From positions 1,945 through 65,944 of the forward strand of contig JBAYBM010000004.1 of assembly GCA_041669265.1 (NCBI GenBank): a stretch of DNA of 64,000 nt, written 5' to 3'. This stretch comes from Bacilli bacterium (GTDB taxonomy: Bacteria; Bacillota_I; Bacilli_A; RFN20; CAG-826). This document shows positions 42,592 to 52,074 of this stretch, piece by piece. Position 1 is the first letter of the stretch, and every line of letters starts with the position of its first letter. The translations under genes were made by a program, and so were the position numbers. The notes under the pieces are model-generated. The model was not told the DNA's origin. It searched no databases and saw only the letters and a list, made by a program, of their open reading frames with translations.

Positions 42592-44610
42592 TTATTCCTC
42601 CGTATCGCTATTCTTTACACGAGCTTCACTTAAATAATTATCTAAAACATCAAGTAAAGTCTCTTCAACTTTTTTAATTGTAGTATCTTTAAAAGCAGCA
42701 GCAGCCATCGAGAAGTGGCCACCTCCACCAAACTTTTCACATAATACTTGAACATTAATAGTGCCATCACTTCTTGCACTAACTCGAACTTCATTTTCAG
42801 CAGTTTTACCAATAACAAATGCAGCGTTAATTCCCTTTAATTGAATACATTGATTACCGACTTTTGCTAAAGTTGAACGTTCAATAATCTCATCAGAAAC
42901 ACAATAACAAACGCCATAATATGGGGTTTTAATTGTAGATATAATTTTATTAACTAATGCATATTCTTCAAATTCATCTTTTAAAATATCATCAGCAATA
43001 GCGTTATCTGCACCATATTCTTTTAAAATCATTGATGCATCGAATGTTCTCAAACCAACTGTTTTTGATTTATAAAAAGCAGTATCAAGGAAAATACCAG
43101 CTAACATAATAGTTGCACTAATCTTATCAAGAGCAACTTTTTCAGCTGAACTGTTATATTTAATAATTTCAGCAACCAATTCTGAAGCACTACTTGCACT
43201 TGGTTCAACTAAACAAAGAACAGGGTTTTCAATAAATTCAGTAGCTCTTCTATGGTGATCAACAACTACTACTTTATCTGTTTGCTCTAAAATTTTTGGG
43301 CACATTGTAAGTGAAGGTCTTGAAACATCACAAACAACAACAAGACTTTGAATCTTTACATCTTCTTGAGCTTCTTTTAAAGTACAAACCATTTTTTGTA
43401 ATTGATCACGTGAGAATAAAGAAGTTAAAGCACTTCTTGTTTTTCTCTCAGTTAATTTACTATCAAAAACAATTCTTGCAGGTTTCTTTAAGAAATCACA
43501 AATAGCTTTAATACCTAAACAGCTTCCTAAAGCATCCATATCCATATCAACATGTCCCATAATGACAACATTGCTAGCTCTACTAATTAAACCCATTAAT
43601 GAATCACTAAAGACACGAATCTTTACTTTATTACCAATTTCAACTGCTTCGGTTCTTCCACCAAAGAATTGAAGTTCACTACCATATTTAGAAACAACAA
43701 CTTGATCTCCGCCTCTACTCATAGCAATATCAATTGCGTTAGATGCCATTTCATTTAATTTATTAACATCTGGGAAATCATGAGCAAAACCAATAGATAA
43801 TGTTGGATGAATCGTTTCACGAGTTGCAACTTGACGAACTGTATCAATAAGTGAAAAACCATCAGCTTCCATTTCACGTAAACTTTCAAAATTACAAACA
43901 ACAAAATAAGCATCATTTCTATAAAGTCTTAGTAAGCAATTATATTTCTTACAATAATCAGTAATATCGTTTCTTACGGTTTGAATTAAATCGTTTGATA
44001 AATCACTATTACCAACAATATCAGCATAGTTATCAATCATGATAATTCCTAAACATGTAGCTTGTTCTTTTGTATATCTAAACAAGAATTCATAATCACT
44101 AACATCCTTAAAAATAAATAAACTTGCACTTTTTAAAAACTTAACTTGATAATCAAGATTGTTTTGAGAAATGCTTATAGTATCACCGACATCATCATTT
44201 TGTAAATCTTTTAATTTTGGGCACCACTCATAAATATTACGATTTATGATGTTGATTTGACGTTGTTCTAATAAATCATTTACCCAAAGAACAGTTCCTT
44301 CTTCATTAACAACAGCTAAACCGATTTTACCAAAGATATAAGCTTCCTTAACATCAGAACCAATAATATCTCCCATCTTAACATCGGATTGTTCTCTTTT
44401 TTTGTTTACAAAATAAATAACAGACAAAGCAAAAACACAATTTAAAACGACTAAACCTAAAGCAAGATACATAACATATTCAGGTAAAAATGTTTCTTGC
44501 AAATTAAAAGAGTTCAAAACATAAAGGATACTAAAAACTCCAATACCCAACACTTGAACGCCAGTTATAATCAAAACAGTTAACTTTAAACCAAAATTTA
44601 CTTTTTTCAT
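42592..44610 (-). CDS. gdpP: GdpP/YybT-type DHH-DHHA1 phosphodiesterase (c-di-AMP phosphodiesterase family)
   Basis: Two N-terminal TM helices, a PAS-like region, a degenerate GGDEF region, DHH (VVVDHHR) and DHHA1 (GGGGH). It sits in the conserved rpsR-gdpP-rplI position. ATG at 44610. Confidence 0.88.
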   Translation of the reverse strand: MKKVNFGLKLTVLIITGVQVLGIGVFSILYVLNSFNLQETFLPEYVMYLALGLVVLNCVFALSVIYFVNKKREQSDVKMGDIIGSDVKEAYIFGKIGLAVVNEEGTVLWVNDLLEQRQINIINRNIYEWCPKLKDLQNDDVGDTISISQNNLDYQVKFLKSASLFIFKDVSDYEFLFRYTKEQATCLGIIMIDNYADIVGNSDLSNDLIQTVRNDITDYCKKYNCLLRLYRNDAYFVVCNFESLREMEADGFSLIDTVRQVATRETIHPTLSIGFAHDFPDVNKLNEMASNAIDIAMSRGGDQVVVSKYGSELQFFGGRTEAVEIGNKVKIRVFSDSLMGLISRASNVVIMGHVDMDMDALGSCLGIKAICDFLKKPARIVFDSKLTERKTRSALTSLFSRDQLQKMVCTLKEAQEDVKIQSLVVVCDVSRPSLTMCPKILEQTDKVVVVDHHRRATEFIENPVLCLVEPSASSASELVAEIIKYNSSAEKVALDKISATIMLAGIFLDTAFYKSKTVGLRTFDASMILKEYGADNAIADDILKDEFEEYALVNKIISTIKTPYYGVCYCVSDEIIERSTLAKVGNQCIQLKGINAAFVIGKTAENEVRVSARSDGTINVQVLCEKFGGGGHFSMAAAAFKDTTIKKVEETLLDVLDNYLSEARVKNSDTEE

Positions 44611-44760
44611 AAAATATACCTTTTCTATTATACAATAGAAAAGAACGTTATTCATTGATATTTTTTCATTTCTTTTCTATAAATATTTTACTACAAAAAT
44701 TAAAAAAATAATAATAAACAAAATTTTAAATCCATGCGGTAAATGTGCCACTTTTTTAAA

Positions 44761-44792
44761 GATAAAATAAAAACTCCCTTTTCAGGGAGTTA
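44761..44792 (-). terminator. Intrinsic terminator after rpsR
   Basis: Minus strand: AACTCCCT-GAAA-AGGGAGTT followed by TTTTATTTTAT. Confidence 0.8.
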
Positions 44793-44800
44793 ATTAATTA

Positions 44801-45028
44801 CTATTTTTCAATATATGGGATTAATGCCATATAACGTGCATTTTTAATAGCTTTTGCTAATTGTCTTTGAGACTTTGCACAAGTTCCGGTTAATCTACGT
44901 GGTGAAATTTTACCAGTAGTTCCAATGAACTTATTTAATAATTCGACATCCTTATAATCAATATAAGTAATCTTATTTTTTGTGAAATAGCAAACCTTTT
45001 TACGGGCTCTCATTTTTTTATAAACCAT
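44801..45028 (-). CDS. rpsR: 30S ribosomal protein S18
   Basis: 75 aa. RKKVCYF...ISPRRLTG...[16 protein letters not shown]. Confidence 0.95.
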   Translation of the reverse strand: MVYKKMRARKKVCYFTKNKITYIDYKDVELLNKFIGTTGKISPRRLTGTCAKSQRQLAKAIKNARYMALIPYIEK

Positions 45029-45040
45029 ATAATTTCCTTT

Positions 45041-45490
45041 CTAGAAAGGTAAATCATCATCTGTAACATCACTTGTTGTTGAGACGTCGTCGTTCTTCTC
45101 ATCGACTACATCATCTTTTGGTGAATCATCAACTGGCTCATCCATTTTTGGCATATTACCATTTGAACTACCTTTTGAATCAAGAAGCGTAACAGATTCT
45201 GCAACCACTTCTACAACGTTAGCTTTAGTACCATCTCTTTTTTCATATGATCTTTGGTTTAATCTACCATCAATTCCAACTAAACTGCCCTTATGAGCAT
45301 ATTTACTTAAATAATCAGCAGATTGATTCCATGCGGTACAAGGAATAAAACTTGTGGTTTTATTTCCATCGCTTCCTTTTTGACGATTATCAACGGCTAT
45401 TGTGAATGAAGAAACGCTCATATTTGATTGAGTTTTTCTTAATTCAACATCCCTTACTAAACGTCCTACTAACACAACACGATTGATCAT
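45041..45490 (-). CDS. ssb: Single-stranded DNA-binding protein
   Basis: OB fold (MINRVVLVGRL...) and an acidic C-terminal tip DDDLPF. ATG at 45490 is preceded by GGAGG. Confidence 0.95.
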   Translation of the reverse strand: MINRVVLVGRLVRDVELRKTQSNMSVSSFTIAVDNRQKGSDGNKTTSFIPCTAWNQSADYLSKYAHKGSLVGIDGRLNQRSYEKRDGTKANVVEVVAESVTLLDSKGSSNGNMPKMDEPVDDSPKDDVVDEKNDDVSTTSDVTDDDLPF

Positions 45491-45509
45491 AATATTTTCC
45501 TCCAATCAA

Positions 45510-45797
45510 TTATTCAGCATCAACTGTAATTAATGAACGGAGCATGTTTACATCGATGCTGCTAAGACGCTTAAATTCACTTAATGCCTTTTGCTCAGCT
45601 TCTACCTTAATGACGACGTAATAACCCTTATTTTGTTTCTTAATAGAATAAGCGAGTTCTCTTTCACCCCATTCATTAACGTTAACGATTTTACCACCGT
45701 TATCAGTTAATATTTTGTGAAGTTTGGAAATCTCTTCCTTACGTGCGGCTTCATCAAGGTCTGCCTTTACAATGTACATAATTTCGTACTTTTTCAT
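45510..45797 (-). CDS. rpsF: 30S ribosomal protein S6
   Basis: MKKYEIMYIV...GYYVV pattern, 95 aa. Confidence 0.95.
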   Translation of the reverse strand: MKKYEIMYIVKADLDEAARKEEISKLHKILTDNGGKIVNVNEWGERELAYSIKKQNKGYYVVIKVEAEQKALSEFKRLSSIDVNMLRSLITVDAE

Positions 45798-45961
45798 ACC
45801 TCTTTAACCTCCCTTTGGACATCTGGCTATAATCAAAATGTTATAGCAGAGAAGAATGCGTTAATTAAATAACGTGTTAATATTTTAATAAAAATATCCC
45901 TTAAAGTAAAGAACTTAATGTCTTCTTACTTAACAAGAAGGGAGTAAAAACATTTTTAAAA

Positions 45962-45989
45962 CAAAAAATCTCCTTTTTCGAGGAGATTT
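45962..45989 (-). terminator. Intrinsic terminator after lysS
   Basis: Minus strand: AAATCTCCT-CGAAAA-AGGAGATTT followed by TTTTGTTTT. Confidence 0.8.
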
Positions 45990-45994
45990 AATTT

Positions 45995-47482
45995 CTATTT
46001 ATTTTCGTCTTTCATTGTTGGGAACAATATAACTTCACGAATATTTTCTTGATTAGTTAAGAACATTGTTAATCTATCAATCCCCATTCCAATTCCACCA
46101 GTTGGTGGCATACCATACTCAAGAGCATCAAGGAAATCATAATCCATTTCATTAGCTTCATCATCACCTCTTTCTTTAGCGGCAATTTGAGCTAAGAATC
46201 TCTCTTTTTGATCAATTGGATCATTTAACTCTGTATAAGCATTTGCTAATTCAACACCATTTACATAAAGTTCAAATCTTTCAGTAAATCTTGGATCTTT
46301 GCTCTTTTTTGTTAATGGACTAATTTCGATTGGATGTCCGTAAACAAATGTTGGTTGAATTAATTCACTTTCACAATATTCATCAAATAAAGCATTAAGA
46401 AAATATCCTGGAGTATTCCAGTGTTTTTCAATTTTAATACCTTTTTCTTTACAATAAGCAACCAAATCTTCAACTTTTAAATCTTTAGTGAAATCTAAAC
46501 CAGTTTTTTCTTTAACTGCATCAGCCATAGAAACCCATTTAAATTCTGGTCCAAAATCAATTTCTTTATCACCATATGGAATTTTTGTAGTTCCACATAC
46601 TTCTTGGCAACAATTTCTAATTAATCCTTCCCATAATTCACCCATTGATTGTAAATTTCCATAAGCTTCATAAAGTTCAATAGTAGTAAATTCAGGATTA
46701 TGTCTAGCATCCATCCCTTCGTTACGGAAAATACGACCTATTTCATAGACTTTCTCAAGACCGCCAACAATTAATTTCTTTAAATTTAACTCTGTAGCAA
46801 TTCTTAAATAAAAATCTTTATCAAGTGCGTTATGATGTGTAACAAATGGTTTAGCATTTGCACCACCAAGAATAGGACTTAATACTGAAGTTTCAACTTC
46901 AATATAACCTAAATTATCTAAATAATGTTGAATCGAACGAATAATCTTAAATCTTGCAATTGCAACATTTTTACTTTCTTCATTCATAATCAAATCAATA
47001 TATCTATGTCTAGATCTTTCTTCAATATCAACAAGTCCATGATATTTTTCTGGTAAAACTTTTAATGATTTTGTTAAGAAAGTATATTTATCACAACGAA
47101 TAGTTGGTTCGCCGGTTTTAGTTAACATTAAGGTTCCTTCTAAACCAATAATATCTCCAATATCATTTGTTTTAAAAATTTCATAATTTTCTAAACCAAC
47201 AGTATCAACAGAAATATAAGATTGAATTCTTCCTTCTCTATCTTGAATATTAACAAATGAAGCTTTGCCCATTTTTCTTAAAGCCATAATTCTTCCAGCA
47301 ACAATTACACGAATTGGCTTTTCTTGTAATTCTTCGTTTGTTTTTCCTTGTAGTTTTTCTCTACATGTTTTTGTTGAGTCAGTACGATTAAATCTTTCGC
47401 CCCATGGATTTACACCCATATCGATTAATTTTTGTAACTTTTCTCTTCTAATAATCTCTTGATCGTTTAATTTTTCTTCCAT
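45995..47482 (-). CDS. lysS: Lysine--tRNA ligase (class II)
   Basis: 495 aa. OB anticodon-binding N-domain and class II motifs (FRNEG, GGIGMGIDRL). Confidence 0.96.
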   Translation of the reverse strand: MEEKLNDQEIIRREKLQKLIDMGVNPWGERFNRTDSTKTCREKLQGKTNEELQEKPIRVIVAGRIMALRKMGKASFVNIQDREGRIQSYISVDTVGLENYEIFKTNDIGDIIGLEGTLMLTKTGEPTIRCDKYTFLTKSLKVLPEKYHGLVDIEERSRHRYIDLIMNEESKNVAIARFKIIRSIQHYLDNLGYIEVETSVLSPILGGANAKPFVTHHNALDKDFYLRIATELNLKKLIVGGLEKVYEIGRIFRNEGMDARHNPEFTTIELYEAYGNLQSMGELWEGLIRNCCQEVCGTTKIPYGDKEIDFGPEFKWVSMADAVKEKTGLDFTKDLKVEDLVAYCKEKGIKIEKHWNTPGYFLNALFDEYCESELIQPTFVYGHPIEISPLTKKSKDPRFTERFELYVNGVELANAYTELNDPIDQKERFLAQIAAKERGDDEANEMDYDFLDALEYGMPPTGGIGMGIDRLTMFLTNQENIREVILFPTMKDENK

Positions 47483-47520
47483 AATTTTGACCTCGCATTA
47501 GTATTATAGTGAATAATAAC

Positions 47521-48510
47521 TTAATTTTCCTTACTTTTATTTTCTAAATCACTGAATTTATTAATTATATTAATAATATCGTCTTTATTTCTAGTATTTG
47601 TTGCTAATTCATTTTTAAGTGGTTTGCTACCAGGTATTCCATCAAAGAATTTTGGTAAAATTCCCCTTAACATTCTGACTCCAACTTCTTCTTTAAATTC
47701 ATTTAACATGTTATCCGCATAAGTTAAAGCATATTCTTTTTGTCTATTAAAATCTTTTTCTTCAGAATAACTTCCTTTATTTAAGGCTTTATTGATATTT
47801 GTTAATAATTCTGGATTTCCAACAGCTCCACGAGCAACCATAATTGCATCGGCTTTTGTGATTTCTAAAGCATTTAAAGCATCAGCAACAGTATATATGT
47901 TTCCACTTACACAAAATGGAATTTTTATAATATTATGAATATCTTTTAAAACATTGAAATCAGGTAAACCAGTATATAATTGTAATTTTGTTCTTGCGTG
48001 AATTGCAATAAATTTTACGCCTGCTTTTTCTAGCGTTTTGACTGTTTCATTTATATTAACTACATCATATCCCAATCGGATTTTGCAACTAACAGGTTTT
48101 TTACTTCTTTTTACAACAGCTGAAACCATATCGAATAATTTGTTTTGGTCTTTCAGCCAACTTGATCCACCATTATTCTTTGTAACTTTTGGAACGGGAC
48201 AAGCTAAATTTAAATCTAAAATATCATATTGGCAATTTGTGTTCTCAAGAACATCAATTGCTTTTAATAGTGTTTCTTTACTTCCACCAAATAATTGAAC
48301 AGCTAGAGGCCTATCTTCTCCATTACTACTTAATAACTTATATGTTTCTTTTGTCCCATTTATTAAAGCACAATCACTAATCATTTCAGTATAGGTTAAA
48401 CTCGCCCCAAATGGTTTCATAAATCTTCTATATGAAAAAGAAGTTATCCCCGCCATTGGAGCAAGGATAACTTTATTTTTTATTTCAACATCACCAATAA
48501 AGAAAGACAT
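47521..48510 (-). CDS. dusB: tRNA-dihydrouridine synthase
   Basis: LAPMAGIT, DLNLACP, HARTK blocks. The start is taken at ATG 48510 (MSFFIG...), which avoids overlap with ftsH. Confidence 0.9.
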   Translation of the reverse strand: MSFFIGDVEIKNKVILAPMAGITSFSYRRFMKPFGASLTYTEMISDCALINGTKETYKLLSSNGEDRPLAVQLFGGSKETLLKAIDVLENTNCQYDILDLNLACPVPKVTKNNGGSSWLKDQNKLFDMVSAVVKRSKKPVSCKIRLGYDVVNINETVKTLEKAGVKFIAIHARTKLQLYTGLPDFNVLKDIHNIIKIPFCVSGNIYTVADALNALEITKADAIMVARGAVGNPELLTNINKALNKGSYSEEKDFNRQKEYALTYADNMLNEFKEEVGVRMLRGILPKFFDGIPGSKPLKNELATNTRNKDDIINIINKFSDLENKSKEN

Positions 48511-48511
48511 A

Positions 48512-50533
48512 TTATTTATCTTTTGGTTCTTCTTTACCTTCACCATCTTTTAAAGAAGTAATAGTACCTGCATCTTCTTTTTCTTTCATATTTGTTGTAC
48601 ATTCACGAGCAGCATCTTTTTGTTTAACTGCTTCATCAGGCATTTTTCTATTCTTTAATAAGTAATCAATTTCTTCTTCATTGATAGTTTCTGTTTCAAG
48701 AAGTGTTTCAGCAATTAATTTAACATCTTCTTTACGTTTAGTAATAATTTCAGTTGCTTGTTTATGAGCATCTTCAATAATTCTACGTACTTCTTTATCA
48801 ATTTCATCAGCAACAGCAACTGAGAAATTCTTTTGTGCATTGTTATAGTCTCTTCCTAAGAAGACACTACCTGAATCCTTTTCATATTGAATTGGACCAA
48901 GTGGAGACATACCGTATTCGACAACCATTGAACGAGCAATTTGAGTTGCCATTTCAATATCGTTACTAGCACCAGTTGAGATATCGTTAAAGAAAACCTC
49001 TTCACTAGTTCTACCACCAAGATATCCACAAATTCTTGCTTCTAATTCTTTCTTAGTTAATAAGAATCTATCATCTTCAGGACCCATTAATACGTGTCCA
49101 CCAGTATTTCCTCTTGGAATAATAGTAATTTTTCTTACTTTATCACTATCTTTCAATGATAAACCAATGATAGCATGACCTGCTTCATGGTATGCAACTT
49201 GTCTACGTTCTAAGTCATTCATACCTTTAGTAGATTTAGCAGGACCAGCAATTCTTCTATCAATAGCTTCATCAATATCAGCAGAAGTAATTAATTCACG
49301 ATTTCCACGAACAGCTAAAATTGCAGCTTCATTTAAAATGTTAGCAATATCAGCTCCAGAGAAACCAACGGTTCTTTTTGCAAATTGTTTAAAGTCAACT
49401 TCAGGAGCAAGTTTTTTGCCTATAGCATGAACTTTAAATATAGCTTCCCTTCCTTCTCTATCTGGAAGGTTAACAGTAATTTTTCTATCAAAACGTCCAG
49501 CACGTAATAATGCAGGATCAAGAACATCGTCTCTATTAGTAGCAGCGATTACGATAATTCCAGAATTTTCTTCGAAACCATCAAGTTCAACAAGTAATTG
49601 ATTAAGGGTTTGTTCACGTTCATCGTTTCCGCCACCTAAACCAGCTCCTCTTTGTCTACCAACGGCATCAATTTCATCAATAAATATCAAACATGGTGCA
49701 TTTTGTTTTGCAGTCTTAAATAAATCTCTTACTCTTCCTGCACCAACACCAACGAACATTTCAACGAAATCTGAACCTGAAATACTATAGAAAGGAACAC
49801 CTGCTTCACCAGCAACAGCTTTTGCTAATAAAGTTTTACCAGTTCCTGGTGGACCAACAAGTAAAATACCTTTTGGTAATTTAGCTCCACACTTTGTATA
49901 TTTCTTTGGTTCTTTTAAATAATCAACAAGCTCAACCATTTCAGCTTTTTCTTCATCACAACCAGCAACATCTTTAAATCTAACTTTGCTGTTATCAACT
50001 CTTCTTGCAGTAGATTTATTAAAGTCCATAGCTTGCTTATTTCCACCAGCTGAAGACATTAAGAATCTAAAGAAGAATATTGCAATACCAAGAATAACAA
50101 TTGTTGAAATAATAGTTGGTAACCATGATAAGAACACATTCTCTTGATATACAGTTGTATTGAAGTAACCTTCAGTTCCAAATGTATCAGTTTGTTCTTT
50201 TATAGCTTCTGAAACACTTTGAGTGTATCCCCATTTTTCTTCATAAACCGATTCTTTTGAAGTAGTGATTGTATAATATTTATCACTATTATTTGAAGTA
50301 TCGTGAACAATCATATTTACGGTAACTTGATTCTCATTATCAGTTTGTATTTCTGCTTGTTTGATAGCATAATTATCGTCACCATCATAAACATAAGTTA
50401 CAAATTGAGATGTAGATATAGTTGTGTACTTTTGATTTAAACCGCTAACAATCATATAAATTATTACGATACTAAATACACCGATAATAATATAAATAAG
50501 AACTGTTAACCAAACGGATCTTTTCTTTTGCAT
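48512..50533 (-). CDS. ftsH: ATP-dependent zinc metalloprotease FtsH
   Basis: Two TM helices, Walker [10 protein letters not shown], Walker [10 protein letters not shown], the SRH region, and zinc site HEAGHA. Confidence 0.97.
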   Translation of the reverse strand: MQKKRSVWLTVLIYIIIGVFSIVIIYMIVSGLNQKYTTISTSQFVTYVYDGDDNYAIKQAEIQTDNENQVTVNMIVHDTSNNSDKYYTITTSKESVYEEKWGYTQSVSEAIKEQTDTFGTEGYFNTTVYQENVFLSWLPTIISTIVILGIAIFFFRFLMSSAGGNKQAMDFNKSTARRVDNSKVRFKDVAGCDEEKAEMVELVDYLKEPKKYTKCGAKLPKGILLVGPPGTGKTLLAKAVAGEAGVPFYSISGSDFVEMFVGVGAGRVRDLFKTAKQNAPCLIFIDEIDAVGRQRGAGLGGGNDEREQTLNQLLVELDGFEENSGIIVIAATNRDDVLDPALLRAGRFDRKITVNLPDREGREAIFKVHAIGKKLAPEVDFKQFAKRTVGFSGADIANILNEAAILAVRGNRELITSADIDEAIDRRIAGPAKSTKGMNDLERRQVAYHEAGHAIIGLSLKDSDKVRKITIIPRGNTGGHVLMGPEDDRFLLTKKELEARICGYLGGRTSEEVFFNDISTGASNDIEMATQIARSMVVEYGMSPLGPIQYEKDSGSVFLGRDYNNAQKNFSVAVADEIDKEVRRIIEDAHKQATEIITKRKEDVKLIAETLLETETINEEEIDYLLKNRKMPDEAVKQKDAARECTTNMKEKEDAGTITSLKDGEGKEEPKDK

Positions 50534-50597
50534 AATCTCTCCTTTTTACAATGTAATTTTACAACACCTACTTTATTTTATAAAGTAAAAGCATTGG

Positions 50598-51833
50598 CTA
50601 TTTTATAAAATCATTTAAATTGAATATTAGCAAGGAATTTACATTAATTATATTGTTCTTTTTATAGTGAGGAACATAAAGTAAATTTCCATTAATATCA
50701 AAAATACCAGGCCACACTATCCTGATAGGATAAGGGACCTTCCAATCAATAAAACAGCGATTTATTTTTTTCTTGAGACCATGAAGTATAAATACTTCAT
50801 TTGAATTAAAACTTGAGCGTATAAATAAAGTATCATATTTTTCAATTAAATTAAATAGTTTTGATTCATTATTTAATGTAAAATATTCGTTTTTTTCAAA
50901 ATGGTTGACTTTAAAATTAAAAATAGGCATTTTTACAAAATAAAGTTTTAAAAAACCATAATCAAAAGAAAATATTACATTAGGTTTTAATGTTTTATGC
51001 CATGTGGTTTTATTTGAAACAATTTGTTTTAATTCTTTAACAAAAGACAAAGAAATCGGAACATAGAAATTAAGAATCTCAAAGTATTTAATTAATAACA
51101 ACTGGAAAGAATCATTATCAAGCTTTTCAATATCTTCTTTATACATTCCACCATCTTTTATTAAAGGTAATAATTTTGAAAACTTTTCTTTAAGTAATTT
51201 GTTTTTTTCTTCAATTTCATTTAAAAGAATAGATCTTTTTTCAAAATCCATATCTTTTACCACTTCTTTTCTAATTTTGTTTCTTAAAAACTTTGTATTG
51301 AAGTTAGAACTATCAATCCCAAATGGGGTATTAGTTTCCTTGCAAAACAACTCTAAATCACTTTTTTTATACTTTAATAATGGCCTTGTAATGTTTATAT
51401 CTTGCTCAATAAATGATTCGTTTAAACCATAATAACTAACTATAGACTTTCTCTTTTTTTGAATTAAATATGTTTCTAATAAATCATCTTGATTATGAGC
51501 AACTAAAATGTTTCTAATATTATATTTTTTTGCAGTCTCAATAAAAAATTCATAACGTTTTTCTCTAGCATATCCCTCTTCGTTTTCGGTTTTTGGGATA
51601 TAAATATCTTTATAAATAACTTTTATATTGTGTTGCTCTGAATAAGTTTTCATTCCTAGATAACGTTCTTCATCTTCTTGGCATAAATGATAATTTACAT
51701 GACAAATAATAAAATCATAGCCACCATCAATTAATGCTTTACACAAAGCCATTGAATCAGGGCCAAAAGAACAAGTTAAAATATAATTATCTTTTTTATT
51801 AAGTTTTAGATTAATTTTCATCAATAATTTCAT
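50598..51833 (-). CDS. tilS: tRNA(Ile)-lysidine synthase
   Basis: N-type ATP-PPase domain in the conserved mfd...tilS-ftsH context. The HNQDDLLET block is present. The PP-loop reads SFGPDS rather than SGGxDS. Confidence 0.8.
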   Translation of the reverse strand: MKLLMKINLKLNKKDNYILTCSFGPDSMALCKALIDGGYDFIICHVNYHLCQEDEERYLGMKTYSEQHNIKVIYKDIYIPKTENEEGYAREKRYEFFIETAKKYNIRNILVAHNQDDLLETYLIQKKRKSIVSYYGLNESFIEQDINITRPLLKYKKSDLELFCKETNTPFGIDSSNFNTKFLRNKIRKEVVKDMDFEKRSILLNEIEEKNKLLKEKFSKLLPLIKDGGMYKEDIEKLDNDSFQLLLIKYFEILNFYVPISLSFVKELKQIVSNKTTWHKTLKPNVIFSFDYGFLKLYFVKMPIFNFKVNHFEKNEYFTLNNESKLFNLIEKYDTLFIRSSFNSNEVFILHGLKKKINRCFIDWKVPYPIRIVWPGIFDINGNLLYVPHYKKNNIINVNSLLIFNLNDFIK

Positions 51834-52074
51834 CCTTAACTATTTCATAAAGACATGATGCATCTTCTTTTTTGCAATATGAAACAACGTCTTTCACCTT
51901 TACAGTTAGTTTGTGTCTGCCCAACACTAAAACAAGAAGATCTCCTTCTTTAACTTCACTTGATGGTTTTGCTACTCGATTATTTACAGTAAACAAACCT
52001 CTTTCAAGCAACTCTTTAGCTACTGTCCTTCTTTTAATTAATCTCGTTAATTTTAAGTATTTATCAAAGCGCAT
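51811..52074 (-). CDS. rqcP: S4-domain RNA-binding protein YabO/RqcP (Hsp15-like)
   Basis: 87 aa. MRFDKYLKLTRLIKRRTVAKELLERG... closely follows the Bacillus YabO pattern, and the gene sits downstream of mfd. Confidence 0.85.
   Translation of the reverse strand: MRFDKYLKLTRLIKRRTVAKELLERGLFTVNNRVAKPSSEVKEGDLLVLVLGRHKLTVKVKDVVSYCKKEDASCLYEIVKDEIIDEN

Noticed and set aside
47483-47520. Possible T-box leader upstream of lysS
   Set aside because: Only 38 nt separate lysS from dusB, so there is no space for a T-box. lysS is probably co-transcribed with dusB.
50570-50590. Hairpin TACTTTAT-TTT-ATAAAGTA between tilS and ftsH as a terminator
   Set aside because: No T-run follows on the transcribed (minus) strand and the stem is AT-only. 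It is probably not a terminator.
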